Part shown: positions 46,858 through 57,700 of the stretch, in pieces
Position numbering within the stretch: position 1 is the first letter of the stretch
Layout of the letters: the number at the start of each line of letters is the position of its first letter
Notes under the pieces: model-generated
Told to the model about the DNA's origin: nothing
Databases searched by the model: none
Seen by the model: only the letters and a program-made list of their open reading frames with translations
Made by a program: the position numbers and the translations under genes
NCBI GenBank assembly: GCA_964398885.1
Contig: CAYNOU010000001.1
Location: 221-64,220, forward strand
Source of the DNA: an uncultured Candidatus Cloacimonadota bacterium
Lineage (GTDB): Bacteria > Cloacimonadota > Cloacimonadia > JGIOTU-2
Direction of reading: 5' to 3'
DNA length: 64,000 bases

Positions 46858-47250
46858 TTAGCAGTTATTGACCTGTTTATTACCTAAAGGGTTTTTTGTT
46901 TCTTTTTTCTTTGTCTTTAAAGGTATAGCACAAAGAAAGCGGAGCAAAATATCGCCCGTATTTTTAAATTGATGATATCTATTAGGGTCAATATAAATCA
47001 CATCCCATTGCTGGAATTCTTTTTCTCCTTCTGAGGTGACCAATACCCCAGTTCCTTGCAGAATAAAGGTTTCATGCTCCCAATCGTGGGTATGGTATGG
47101 TGTATGGCCGCCCGGTTCAAGTTCAAACATCCGTAAAGCAAAATTTGGTGCATTGTCCTTATCTGAGACGAGCCAACGTATCTTGGTATTCTCTGCACCA
47201 TCAACATTAACATTTTCCAATGGAACATTATTGAAATGCGTGAGTTTCAT
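46858..47250 (-). CDS. Cupin domain protein
   Basis: 'GGHTPYHTHDWEHETFILQGTG' and 'GDVIYIDPNRYHQFKN' are cupin motifs 1 and 2. Confidence 0.7.
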   Translation of the reverse strand: MKLTHFNNVPLENVNVDGAENTKIRWLVSDKDNAPNFALRMFELEPGGHTPYHTHDWEHETFILQGTGVLVTSEGEKEFQQWDVIYIDPNRYHQFKNTGDILLRFLCAIPLKTKKKETKNPLGNKQVNNC

Positions 47251-47404
47251 TAACGCCTCCTTATTGATTTTTTCCTACCATGCTGTTAATTTTTTTTGAT
47301 AGGCTACTCTTATTTTCTGATACCAAAAAGAATGATTATATAGATGTTAGTCAATTTTTTTTTGAATATTAAATATTTATAATCAATTGACATTTTGGTT
47401 TTTT

Positions 47405-48157
47405 TTACTTATACTTCACATCATAAAGATACAATCCTTGTGAAGGTGCAGTTGCTCCTAACATTTTATAATCTTGCTTTTTTAGTATCTCCTGTAAATA
47501 ATTATCAGGCAAATCATAATGAGAAATCTTTATCAGAGTTCCTACAATTCTACGAACCATATTGTGCAGGAATCTATCGGCAGTTATATAGAAAAGAAAT
47601 TTGTCCTCTGTCTCCTCCCATTTAACAGAAATAATCGTGCATAGATAATTATTCAATTGAGAAGTATCATTTGCAAAAACCTTAAAATCATAAGTTCCAT
47701 TTAGGTATTTTATCACTTTATTTATTTCTTTAGTATTGATTTTTTTTGTTGGAAAAAAAGCAGTGTAATTTCTTTCAAATGGGTTGAAATTCCTATTGAT
47801 TTTGTAAAGATAGGTTCTACTTATAGCAGAAAAGCGTGCATGAAAATCAGAGTCAACCACCTTGCAATCTTTAATATATATGGAATTCTGGAGAAGGCTA
47901 TTTAATGCTTTGATAATATTTCCAGATTTCATTCTGGTTTGTGCTGTAAAATGTGCATATTGATTATATGCATGCACACCTCTATCAGTCCGACCAGATG
48001 CAACTAATTTTGTTTCTGATTTGAATATCCTGGAAAGACAGTTTTCCATCACAAATTGGATAGATTTGTTTTTAACTAAGGAAATTCCATTCGTTTTTTG
48101 TCTTTGCCAGCCACAAAAATCAGTACCATCATAACAGAAGTTTAATAAAAATTTCAT
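47405..48157 (-). CDS. truA: tRNA pseudouridine(38-40) synthase TruA
   Basis: 'YDGTDFCGWQRQ' and 'SGRTDRGVHA' (catalytic Asp) are present. The length is 250 aa. Confidence 0.9.
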   Translation of the reverse strand: MKFLLNFCYDGTDFCGWQRQKTNGISLVKNKSIQFVMENCLSRIFKSETKLVASGRTDRGVHAYNQYAHFTAQTRMKSGNIIKALNSLLQNSIYIKDCKVVDSDFHARFSAISRTYLYKINRNFNPFERNYTAFFPTKKINTKEINKVIKYLNGTYDFKVFANDTSQLNNYLCTIISVKWEETEDKFLFYITADRFLHNMVRRIVGTLIKISHYDLPDNYLQEILKKQDYKMLGATAPSQGLYLYDVKYK

Positions 48158-48274
48158 CTGAAAATCTTAACCGCAAAGGACGCAAAGAATACAATCCCCG
48201 CGTCCGCAGGGACGCAAAGAAAATAATAATATAATAAAATACATAACTCTTCCGCCAGATGACGAATGTATATT

Positions 48275-48997
48275 TCATATAAACATTAACAAAAAGATTT
48301 GTATAATTATTATGGATAAAATTATAATATCGCTTAACTTGAATTCCATTCCGTCTAGGCTCGGCCTAGCCGAGACTGATGTAATCCCCGATTCCTGAGC
48401 CTCGTCAGGAACGGGCTTAATCGGGGAGGAGTTAATTAATATCTCTGAACAAAATGAAAGCCCTTTTATTTTATTCATTGATTTTTCCAAAAATGAATTG
48501 AAAGTAGATGAAACTTCCGATAATTTTATTTTTCTCCCTTTTTGTAATCTGTATGCAACTATTGTTTCAGAAAATTGGCAATAAAAAATAGGAACGAAGT
48601 TGATAATTCCATATATAAATATGATGAAATTGTCAAAAACTCTGTAATGCAAAAATCCTCTTAAATTCCTCAAAAAATTGTATCCTGATGTGGTATTAAT
48701 CAAAATTGTGGTAAGACAAACTAATATCCCAATCCTAGCTATTATCAGTAAATCTCTTTGCCATGCAGTTCCAAAAATAAATCCTAATAATAATATTGCG
48801 AAGAATAGTGGAGAAAGTCCTAAAATTGCTGATATTGAATTTTTTAATAGTCGTAGATTCAATAAAAAGGTTATTGCCAATATTATCAGAACAGAGAAAA
48901 TAAATATTTTATCTTTTATAAGAAATAATGCAATCAATTCAAAGAGCACAAAGAATATTTTTCCTATTGGATTGAGATTGTTTAAATCAAGTGTCAT
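48275..48997 (-). CDS. Polytopic membrane protein (possibly CbiQ/EcfT-like) with palindromic modules in frame near the C-terminus
   Basis: The protein has 5-6 hydrophobic helices. Assignment to EcfT is weak and rests only on general topology and 'AYRLQKGRK'. Residues 'SPIKPVPDEAQESGITSVSARPSLDG' are encoded by nested hairpins at 48353-48427. Confidence 0.4.
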   Translation of the reverse strand: MTLDLNNLNPIGKIFFVLFELIALFLIKDKIFIFSVLIILAITFLLNLRLLKNSISAILGLSPLFFAILLLGFIFGTAWQRDLLIIARIGILVCLTTILINTTSGYNFLRNLRGFLHYRVFDNFIIFIYGIINFVPIFYCQFSETIVAYRLQKGRKIKLSEVSSTFNSFLEKSMNKIKGLSFCSEILINSSPIKPVPDEAQESGITSVSARPSLDGMEFKLSDIIILSIIIIQIFLLMFI

Positions 48998-49015
48998 TAT
49001 TTTTAATAAAAGGTA

Positions 49016-50992
49016 TTATTCTTTTTCTTTTATCTTCAAACTATCTACAGGGATAGTATTGACTATTCTACTTGTGTCTGACAAAGATTCTCTAATATAG
49101 TTGTTTCCATCAAAGAATGTTCTGATAAAAGTTGTTAAGTCAATATTAGGATATTCGTTAATAAGTTCTTTCAAATATGGTTTTGCCGCTGTTGTATCTG
49201 ACAATTCTTCAATCAACAAATATGCCTTAGCATAGAGAGCCTTAGGATAGATTTCACTTTCTGGATAATTTGTAATGATGGTATCTAAATATGACATACT
49301 TTTTTCCAAACCAATACTTTTATTATAGTAATTCATAGATTTATAAAATAGAGATTGGGATTTAAATTCATATTGGGTTGTTAGTTCATAAGGTTTGTTG
49401 TTAAGCATTCTTTTTGCTGCAAAGCAATATTTTGATTCAGGAATATCATTTTCCATACGAGATACTACTTCTTTAGCCAGGAGTGTATCCTTTTTTATGT
49501 TAAATAGTATCCAGGTTTTTAAGAAAAGAGCTTTAGGATAAATTTCATTCTGGTAATACTCAATATTGTTTTTTAAATTTTCAATTTGTGTTGATAGAGG
49601 TTCTTTAGAAATTTCTTCTTTTATATTGGATTTTTCAGATAATGTATCTAAAGTATCTATATCAGATTTAATTGTATCCGATACTGGAATTGCAGTCAAG
49701 CTGTCAGGAATAAAGCTCAGACTATCCTGAATATTTGTTTTTAAACTTTCCGCAATAAAATTATTATAAAGTATATTAAGAGAATCCAACTGACAATTTA
49801 AAATGTTTAATTGATTAATAATCCTATCATATATTGCGATTGCAGAGTCAGGTAGAGATAAATCCAGATTATAGTATTCAGCAATATTGAATTGCGATTC
49901 AACAAGTTCAAGCAAATCATCGGAATTTTGTTTTGATTTATAAGCAATGAATTGATTAGCAGTCTTGATTTTTTTTAAAGCATCTGCCATCAATTCTTTA
50001 TCAATTTTTTCAGATTTTACTTTTTGAAATTTCTCAACAGCATTTTCATAGTCCTTAAGTAAAGAAAAATAGATTTCTCCCCAATGATAATAAGCTATAT
50101 CTGCAATTTGTTTCCCTTTATTTTCGTTAATTAATTTCTCAAAAATTGAAAAGGCAGTTTCTGTATCTCCTGAATAAGCATAACAAATTCCGATGTTCAA
50201 ATCAATTTCATTAATCTTATCATTAATTATTTCATCTTTCTTTAGCTTTTTGAATTGATTCTTTGACTTTTTGTATTGGTTTAACTCCATATAAATCTTA
50301 CCAATATAAAATCTTGTATCTAACCTCATTCGCTTTGGGGGACTGTTTGAAAGAAGCTTATTAAAAGTGACCAATGAGTTATCATATTCTTCATTTTGAT
50401 ATTCAATTTGTGCGTATTGGAAAAGAGCGTTCAGGTAGGATTCTTTTGAAATTTTCTTTTCAATTAAAGTCTGGAGAATTACTTCTGCCTGGGTGTAATC
50501 CTTCTCTTCAAGATAGTATTTTGATAGATATAGATATGCTTGCTCGCGATAAGAAATAAATTTATCATCATTGAAAATAATATTAAACTGGGTTTTTGCC
50601 TCATCAATTTCTTTTAATTTAAGGTATGTTCTTGCGAGGTATAGTATAGTTAAAGGGTATGATGGACTTTCATTGTAATACTGCTCAATTTCCTGAAATT
50701 TTTTCAAAGCTTTCAGATAATGCTCTTGTTCAAAAAAGCATTTTCCCATAAGCAGAAGCGCATCATCTGCATATTTGCTTTTTGGATATTCTTTAATTAC
50801 ATAAGCACATTTTGCAATTGATTTTTCAAATGTTTTTTTAATGCTTGAATTTATTTTATTATTGTTTTTTTCTTTGGCTGTTTTTGCTTCTGTATAGTAT
50901 CTTTTGGCATTGTAAAAGGTGTTAAAATATACATCATAGTAACCACAAGAACTGATTAAGGTAAATATTATAATTAAATAGATTTTTTTCAT
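49016..50992 (-). CDS. TPR-repeat lipoprotein
   Basis: The lipobox is 'LISSC'. TPR-like units recur throughout, for example 'YLKALKKFQEIEQYYNES' and 'YENAVEKFQKV'. Confidence 0.6.
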   Translation of the reverse strand: MKKIYLIIIFTLISSCGYYDVYFNTFYNAKRYYTEAKTAKEKNNNKINSSIKKTFEKSIAKCAYVIKEYPKSKYADDALLLMGKCFFEQEHYLKALKKFQEIEQYYNESPSYPLTILYLARTYLKLKEIDEAKTQFNIIFNDDKFISYREQAYLYLSKYYLEEKDYTQAEVILQTLIEKKISKESYLNALFQYAQIEYQNEEYDNSLVTFNKLLSNSPPKRMRLDTRFYIGKIYMELNQYKKSKNQFKKLKKDEIINDKINEIDLNIGICYAYSGDTETAFSIFEKLINENKGKQIADIAYYHWGEIYFSLLKDYENAVEKFQKVKSEKIDKELMADALKKIKTANQFIAYKSKQNSDDLLELVESQFNIAEYYNLDLSLPDSAIAIYDRIINQLNILNCQLDSLNILYNNFIAESLKTNIQDSLSFIPDSLTAIPVSDTIKSDIDTLDTLSEKSNIKEEISKEPLSTQIENLKNNIEYYQNEIYPKALFLKTWILFNIKKDTLLAKEVVSRMENDIPESKYCFAAKRMLNNKPYELTTQYEFKSQSLFYKSMNYYNKSIGLEKSMSYLDTIITNYPESEIYPKALYAKAYLLIEELSDTTAAKPYLKELINEYPNIDLTTFIRTFFDGNNYIRESLSDTSRIVNTIPVDSLKIKEKE

Positions 50993-51082
50993 TGGAAAAT
51001 AGCACGCAGATTTTGCTGATAAAGCTGATGAACACAGCTAAATATAATAAATTCTTTCATAAATATATACACTTGATAATTT

Positions 51083-51163
51083 CCGAGGAGTCGTCATGGA
51101 CCACTCCATGACGAACTTAAACCAACCACGGAATATCTTTTCCAAGGGATCTGCCCTCTGGCA
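51083..51163. repeat. 81-nt module, inverted copy of 14775-14855
   Basis: The reverse complement of 14775-14855 matches with 3 mismatches by eye. It contains cgtcatgg-..-ccatgacg. Confidence 0.85.
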
Positions 51164-51204
51164 TGGACTAATTATCCTTTACAGTAATTCAAAGCAGAAA
51201 ATTG

Positions 51205-51236
51205 GCGCAGCGAATTTGAGACTCGTTTCGCTGCGC
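51205..51236 (-). terminator. Probable Rho-independent terminator downstream of the ammonia-lyase gene
   Basis: The GC-rich 10-bp stem gcgcagcgaa/ttcgctgcgc has a 12-nt loop. On the gene strand it is followed by caattttctgcttt. It lies 23 nt after the stop. Confidence 0.5.
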
Positions 51237-51258
51237 ACATAGTATCGTTTCTTTTCAC

Positions 51259-52782
51259 TTATTCCAAACTTCCTACAACCTTTTCCACTTCTTCCAAAAT
51301 TTCACAAGATTTAACTAATTCTTTCATTCTATTATGGTCAGAATATAAAGGACGGTCTTCATCTAAATGCTTTACATATTTTCTGACTATTTTTCTAGCA
51401 GTAGATACTCCTTTACCTGGATTAAAATCACGGAAATCCAAAGCTTGTGCTGCAGCCATAAATTCAATTCCTAGTACACCAAAGGCATTATCCAAAATCT
51501 GGTCATTTTTGATAGCAGTATTCATTCCCATAGAAACAAAATCTTCCTGGTCAGCCGCAGCAGGAATAGACATTGTGGAAGCTGGTGCAGATAGAATTCT
51601 TTGCTCAACAATCAAGGAGCATGCAGTGTATTGGCTAAGCATCATTCCTGAGAACATTCCAGCTCCCTTTGTTAAAAATGGAGGTAATCCAATACTCAAT
51701 GCTGGATTCGTTAAACGATTGAGTCTTCTTTCAGACATAACACACACCATAGTTACAGCAGCACTTATCATATCCATTGGTAATGAAATAGGCGTTCCTT
51801 GAAAATTGGCTCCTGTTATTGTTAATTTATATTCTGGGAAGAAAACAGGATTATCGCCTACACCATTAAGTTCTATTTCTACCTGACTTTTGGCGTAAGC
51901 TACAGCATCGTGAACTGCACCAATTACTTGTGGTGTAGAGCGCATAGAATAGGCATCCTGAACCTTCATTTTAAATTTGCCAGTTAGAAGCTCGCTTCCT
52001 TCTACACATTTATTTAGAGCCTTAGCGGTTCTAACAGCTCCAGAAAAGCCTCTTATCTGATGTAGTCGGATGTCATAAGGTTTCATATTGGCATATAATG
52101 CTTCCAGTGTCATTGCACAGGCAATTTCTGCCTGTTTAAGCCAGCGATTGATATCATACAATTGAATAGCGCTCATAGCAGTAAGTAAGTTTGAGCCATT
52201 TATGGCAGCCAGCCCATCTCTGGCTTTTAATCCTGGAATAGGAATTCCTGCTCGTTCCATTGCAACTTTGCCTGGTAACCGTTCTTCTTTGTAATATGCC
52301 TCACCTTCACCCATTAACAAAAGGGCAAGTTGAGCCATCGGAGCTAAATCTCCACTTGCCCCAACTGAACCTTTCTGACATACAACTGGCGTAACACCTT
52401 TGTTTAACATTTCAACAAAGGTTAGGGGTATTTCTGGTCGGCATCCTGATTTTCCTTTGGCAAGAACATTTATTCTACTTGCCATTGCTCCGCGTATATA
52501 TTCAATTGGTGCCGGGTCTCCAATACCTGCCGCATGATTATAAATCAAATACTTCTGAAATTGTTTTGTCTGCTCATCATCCAATACCACTTCAGAAAAT
52601 TCGCCTATGCCTGTATTAACTCCATACATAATTTCATGCGCTTGTATCTTTTCTTCCAGCATAGCACGACATATCTTAATCTTTTTTAAAGCTTCGGGAT
52701 GAAGCTCAACCTTTTCATTGTGTCTAGCGATCCGAACCAGTTTTTCAACTGTTAATCCTGAACCATCTAATACTATAGCCAT
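51259..52782 (-). CDS. hutH: Histidine/aromatic amino acid ammonia-lyase (MIO-dependent, HAL/PAL family)
   Basis: 'GSVGASGDLAPMA' contains the ASG MIO-forming triad. 'YGVNTGIG' and 'QDAYSMR' are present. The 507-aa length is HutH-like. An aminomutase or TAL cannot be excluded from sequence reading alone. Confidence 0.75.
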   Translation of the reverse strand: MAIVLDGSGLTVEKLVRIARHNEKVELHPEALKKIKICRAMLEEKIQAHEIMYGVNTGIGEFSEVVLDDEQTKQFQKYLIYNHAAGIGDPAPIEYIRGAMASRINVLAKGKSGCRPEIPLTFVEMLNKGVTPVVCQKGSVGASGDLAPMAQLALLLMGEGEAYYKEERLPGKVAMERAGIPIPGLKARDGLAAINGSNLLTAMSAIQLYDINRWLKQAEIACAMTLEALYANMKPYDIRLHQIRGFSGAVRTAKALNKCVEGSELLTGKFKMKVQDAYSMRSTPQVIGAVHDAVAYAKSQVEIELNGVGDNPVFFPEYKLTITGANFQGTPISLPMDMISAAVTMVCVMSERRLNRLTNPALSIGLPPFLTKGAGMFSGMMLSQYTACSLIVEQRILSAPASTMSIPAAADQEDFVSMGMNTAIKNDQILDNAFGVLGIEFMAAAQALDFRDFNPGKGVSTARKIVRKYVKHLDEDRPLYSDHNRMKELVKSCEILEEVEKVVGSLE

Positions 52783-53148
52783 GTTAATCCTCCAATGTAA
52801 TAAATTTTTATGTTTTTAAATATAGATTTTAAACTCGTCAAATACTAAAGAGTTTTTATAAAAAATATTTGTTAAAAATCAGAGCATAAAATATCCGATT
52901 TTTGCCTGAACTCTATTCAAAAAATGATGGATATGCTCTTTATTCGGCAAACTTACAAGTATTTCACGGATACCTAATTTTGCTCCTAATTGTCTTAATA
53001 GAAGGCAGATAATTAGTCTTTAGAAATAATATTGCAATTTCTCTAACTTCAAAAGAATCGGAAAGAATACTTTCGTTGATGTATAGCATACAATTCTCCA
53101 CTCTATAGTCATTCCCTATGTTCAGTCTTCTTAACTTCATTTCTTGTT

Positions 53149-53868
53149 TTAGAATCTCTTTACGAGAGCAAGGGTTATTTTCTCACTTTTAGGATTAAAG
53201 TCAATATGAAAAGAAAAATCATTTTTGACAGATAAATTTTTGTTATATTTAGAAGTTGAGCGAACAGCTTTAATCATGCTTATTACTCTATTTACAATCA
53301 TAGCTCCGATAGTAAATTTTGCAAGTATCTTAAATTTATTTTTTTCACGCCGCAGTTCTCCATATCTATACCAGATTTCTTTTGATTGCCAATTCCATTC
53401 TTCATGCCCTTGATAAAGAGTATTAGAAAGAAATTCGTCGTGGTCTTCTTGATTCCATTTCTCTAAACCATAACTTTGCAATTGTGAATCTGTAAGCCAG
53501 AGTCTCCACCTTGCATATATTCTGGCATTATTATTATATCCTTCACTGGAAAAATAATGTTGAAGATTTTTATAATATTGAGCACTACAATTTGTAGTAT
53601 TACTTCCAGAATATGCAGAGGCATATATTTTGTAGTCTCTTTCTGCCCAGTCTGCTTCCTGTAAGAATCCAAAATATCCAAGCCAGAGAATAGTCTCGCT
53701 TGCAAGACTAATAAGAGCTGAAGTATTATTTTTGGAGTAAAATTCTCCAGCACCTGGCAATAAGGAAGAAAGCAAGGCTGCTTTTGTCTTTGACTTCGGT
53801 TGTTGTGCAAAAAGAGAAGTAAAAATAAAAAGGATAAAGATTGATATAAGTAAAATTCTTTTTTTCAT
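53149..53868 (-). CDS. Hypothetical secreted/membrane protein
   Basis: A signal peptide is present, along with 'LLSSLLPGAGEFYSKN' and a later hydrophobic helix 'AKFTIGAMIVNRVISMI'. I recognise no family confidently. Confidence 0.45.
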   Translation of the reverse strand: MKKRILLISIFILFIFTSLFAQQPKSKTKAALLSSLLPGAGEFYSKNNTSALISLASETILWLGYFGFLQEADWAERDYKIYASAYSGSNTTNCSAQYYKNLQHYFSSEGYNNNARIYARWRLWLTDSQLQSYGLEKWNQEDHDEFLSNTLYQGHEEWNWQSKEIWYRYGELRREKNKFKILAKFTIGAMIVNRVISMIKAVRSTSKYNKNLSVKNDFSFHIDFNPKSEKITLALVKRF

Positions 53869-53952
53869 TTGGCGATTACTTCTTTCTTTTATTTTTGTGT
53901 TTTTCTCTCAAAATCATATCAGCGTCGGTCTCGGCGCCCAGACGGGATGGAA

Positions 53953-54672
53953 TCATTTCAAAATAATGCACTTTTTGATAGAAGTAAATGTATCGGTATA
54001 TAATTTGTAGAAATAAATTCCAGAACTCATATCTTTAGCGTTCCATATCAGGTAATGAAAGCCAGCTGGCTTATCTTCATCAACGAGGGTTTCAACTAAT
54101 TGACCTTTTAGATTATAAATTTGCAGTTTGACATTACTGGCTTTTGGTAATGAATAACTGATGAAGGTTGTTGCATTAAAGGGATTAGGGCTGTTTTGTC
54201 TTAGTTGAAACACGGGAGGAATATTAGAACTATTGACATCGGTTAAATATGATGTTAACATATAGGGTTCAAATGGGCTCCCAATAGTTTCTCCATCTTC
54301 AAAGACAATAATCTCATTACAATCATAAACCACATCAGTTGAGTCATCATATATTTTAAAGTTTATCTCTTCTCCGATTATATTTCCGACAATTGTAAGG
54401 TACCAATATCCATCATAGTAAGGTGGGTTGGCTGGTTGCCAGATGCCTACTGCTCGGCAATCAGATTCTCCATCAGGTCCGAACGCACCTAACATATTAT
54501 TCCCATTTCCTTCAAATACTACTCCATCAAATGTAACTTCTGCCATTAAGACCATTGAATATTGAGTTCCATATATGTGCTCCCAGTTTGGTGGGTCTGC
54601 ATATAAAAATTGATTTACAAATATTAATAATAAGATAAGAATAAAAATCTTTATTTTCATTAATTCTTCCAT
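53953..54672 (-). CDS. Small secreted protein: uncharacterised ~110-aa domain + T9SS-type C-terminal domain
   Basis: A signal peptide is present. The C-terminus 'NPFNATTFISYSLPKASNVKLQIYNLKGQLVETL...GIYFYKL' is a canonical T9SS CTD pattern. Confidence 0.7.
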   Translation of the reverse strand: MEELMKIKIFILILLLIFVNQFLYADPPNWEHIYGTQYSMVLMAEVTFDGVVFEGNGNNMLGAFGPDGESDCRAVGIWQPANPPYYDGYWYLTIVGNIIGEEINFKIYDDSTDVVYDCNEIIVFEDGETIGSPFEPYMLTSYLTDVNSSNIPPVFQLRQNSPNPFNATTFISYSLPKASNVKLQIYNLKGQLVETLVDEDKPAGFHYLIWNAKDMSSGIYFYKLYTDTFTSIKKCIILK

Positions 54673-54775
54673 TCGGCTCTATGTGAAATTAATTTATTAA
54701 TTCATATATAAAAATTTGAATATAAGGAAAGGCAGTTTATTTAAAACTACCTTTCCTTTTATTGGTTAACTGCAA

Positions 54776-57700
54776 TTATTTAAGTTTTATTAATTTCTGA
54801 ATTTCAGTATATTTATCAGTCGTTAGTTTATAGAAATATATTCCGCTTGGTAATGAGTTATTTTTAGCATCTTTTCCATTCCATTTTACAAGATATGTAT
54901 CCGGTTCTTTTGTTGAATTAACTAAGGTTTTCACTTTTTGACCTAAGATATTATATATTGAGATATCAACTTTAGTTCTTTCTGGAATTTGATACTTTAT
55001 AGAAGTTGAGTTATAGAAAGGATTGGGATGGGAATTATATAAATTATACTCTTCTGGAATATCACTATTTGAACCATTACAAGTTACAATAACAGCTTTT
55101 TCAGGAGAGCCAATAATAGCATCATTTTGGAAGATTATTTCCTCATTACTTTTAAATGTTTCTTCAGTAACTATATCATAAACTTTGAAATATAATTCTT
55201 CTCCATTCTCATTACCAACTATAGTAAAATACCAAAAATCATACACTTTTTTTCCAACAGAACGACAATTACCTTCATTATCAAAAACTCCTACAATATA
55301 TTTATCAGAGTTGCCAATGGTTTCATTATTGATTTTTATATCTGCCATAGCTATCATATTATATTGTGTCCCGGTGATTAATTGCCATCCTGCCCGATTA
55401 TAATCGTTATTTTTCTTATATAAAGGCTCAGACTTGTCATTTTCAATAAGAGGATAAATTAATACAGAAGAATCAGGTACATTAATTTTATAAGTTACTC
55501 CCGGTTCCAATTGAGTCAAATCACCAATCCAACCACCACTATATATGGCAGATTTGTCTTGTGTCTTTACCACAGTTGCACTTATTGAAGCTAATGCTTC
55601 AGATAAAGTAAGTGAGACATAAGGATAATATCCAACCCAATTCCAATTTGGCACTAAGTTAATTGGATGTGTCACTGGATTTATCGCTGTTCCACTCACA
55701 GTAAATGTATCAACAGCATTATTCATATACACTAGATAACCTTCACCATCGGTTATTTCTGATAAACCTGGACCCCATGATGTTCCATTGTATGTTGTAG
55801 AATTATATTGGTCTTTTACCTGATAAATATCATTTGGTGTTAAAGTATCAAATATTGTTGATATTGAAGGATCAGGTGGATGGAGATTAAATGATATCCA
55901 ATTCCATTCTTCAATTAGAGAGAAGTCTTGGTTATGCATTGGTGAGGGTGCATTTAAGCTAATAGCGTTATCAGTGCAATCTGCAAAAGTTATTGTTTCA
56001 ACACAGTCATAAATGCTGTCTGTTTGGGTTTCATACATTTTGAAGCTAATATCTTCACCAGAGTTGTTGTTACTTACGATTGTTAGATACCAATAGCCAT
56101 CAAGGTCCCAGTAATTAGTCCATAGAGGATGATTACCTTCTTGCCATATAGCTATTCCTCGGCAATCACCTCCAGGTCCAAAAGCAGCTACCTGGTTGCT
56201 CCCTATATGTTTAACAAATTTACCATCATAAGTTACTGTTGCATATTCTATCATTACAAATTGTGTACCCGAGATTACTTCCCAATTAATCAATGTCATA
56301 TCAACATTTCTTGTTGTATCTTCTGCTACAACTTCTACATCACTAATAGTAACACTTGTATAATGATCTAATGAAGCAATAACATCGTAGGTACCACTTA
56401 AGATCTCAATTTGGTAATCACCATTAACATCTGGATGGACTGTTACAGTATCTGCTGTCACATCAACATCCTGCACATTGCCAATTCCATCATAGAGAGT
56501 AACAGTTCCTTCAATATAACCTTCATATCTAATGAGTTGTAATATAAAATTGATATTTTCAGTTATCAGTCCAGATTGAACAACCACATTTGTTATTGTA
56601 GAGTCGCTATAGCCAGCCAAATAGGCGCTAACATTATAAGTTCCTGGTGCAATTTCAATTTCATATTCATAATAAAGTATAATACCGGGATTATAAGGAT
56701 CTTCTACACCATAAGGATGTACAGTTATTCCTCCAGCAGATACTTCGGTTTCTAATATATTACCAATTCCTTCATTGATATCCACTGTTCCTTTAATCTT
56801 ACCAGGTGGAGGAGGAGATAGAGTAAAGTCTAAGATTACTATTTGATTGGCAACATTTACAGAATAATATGATGAAGGATTATATCCTGTTAATGAGGCA
56901 GTAACATCATAAGTTCCTGATGATACATCTAAAAAGTAGTTTCCATCTCCATCAGGATTTACAGTTGTTATTGTATTCGGTGGCGTTAATAAAGTAGCTG
57001 TTACAGTAACATCCTGGACATTACCATAGCCCCCATCAAGAGTAACTACTCCACGAATTCCAGTTTGGACAAAGTAAAAAGCTCCAATATCATTTCTTGT
57101 ATTATCCGGGTCATTGTAAATAGGGTCTGGATGGCCAGTATCAATACAAGGTGATTTTGTTGAATCTGGAGTAGGAATATTAACCCATGTTAAATGAAAA
57201 TCTCCATTTAAGGGGTCTGCAAAAAGTGGGTCAGAATCTACACAGGTTGTGTCAGTATAACTTTGCCCTGTTCCATTCTCAATATCAGAATATGTAGCAG
57301 TTAATGTGCCTCCGCTATCAAAGTAAATTCCATTAATTCCATTATCCCAAACGATACTATTTAACAAAGTAACATCTGAATTAAATAAACATGCAATTCC
57401 GCTTCCACCACTATACGCAAGATTTTTTGAAATAGTTGAATTAATTAATGTAGGATTAGAATTATCAAAGCAGGCGATTCCACCTCCATTCCAGGAGGTA
57501 TTGTTATTATAAATACACACTTTTGTTAGTTCTGGATTGGAAGTATAGCAAAATATACCACCGCCATCATAGGTAGCGGTATTATCATGAACAGAAACAG
57601 TTGTTATATTCGGGTTTGAGTTTAACATATAAATTCCACCGCCATATCCAGCAGCATAATTTTTCATTATCGTTACATTTTCAAAAGTTTCGTTAGAATT

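Noticed and set aside
52964-53140. 58-aa minus-strand ORF (MKLRRLNIGNDYRVENCMLYINESILSDSFEVREIAILFLK...) just downstream of 53149..53868
   Set aside because: It has no convincing SD and no recognisable motif, and it is below the size at which chance ORFs are rare in AT-rich DNA. I left it uncalled. It might be a gene fragment.
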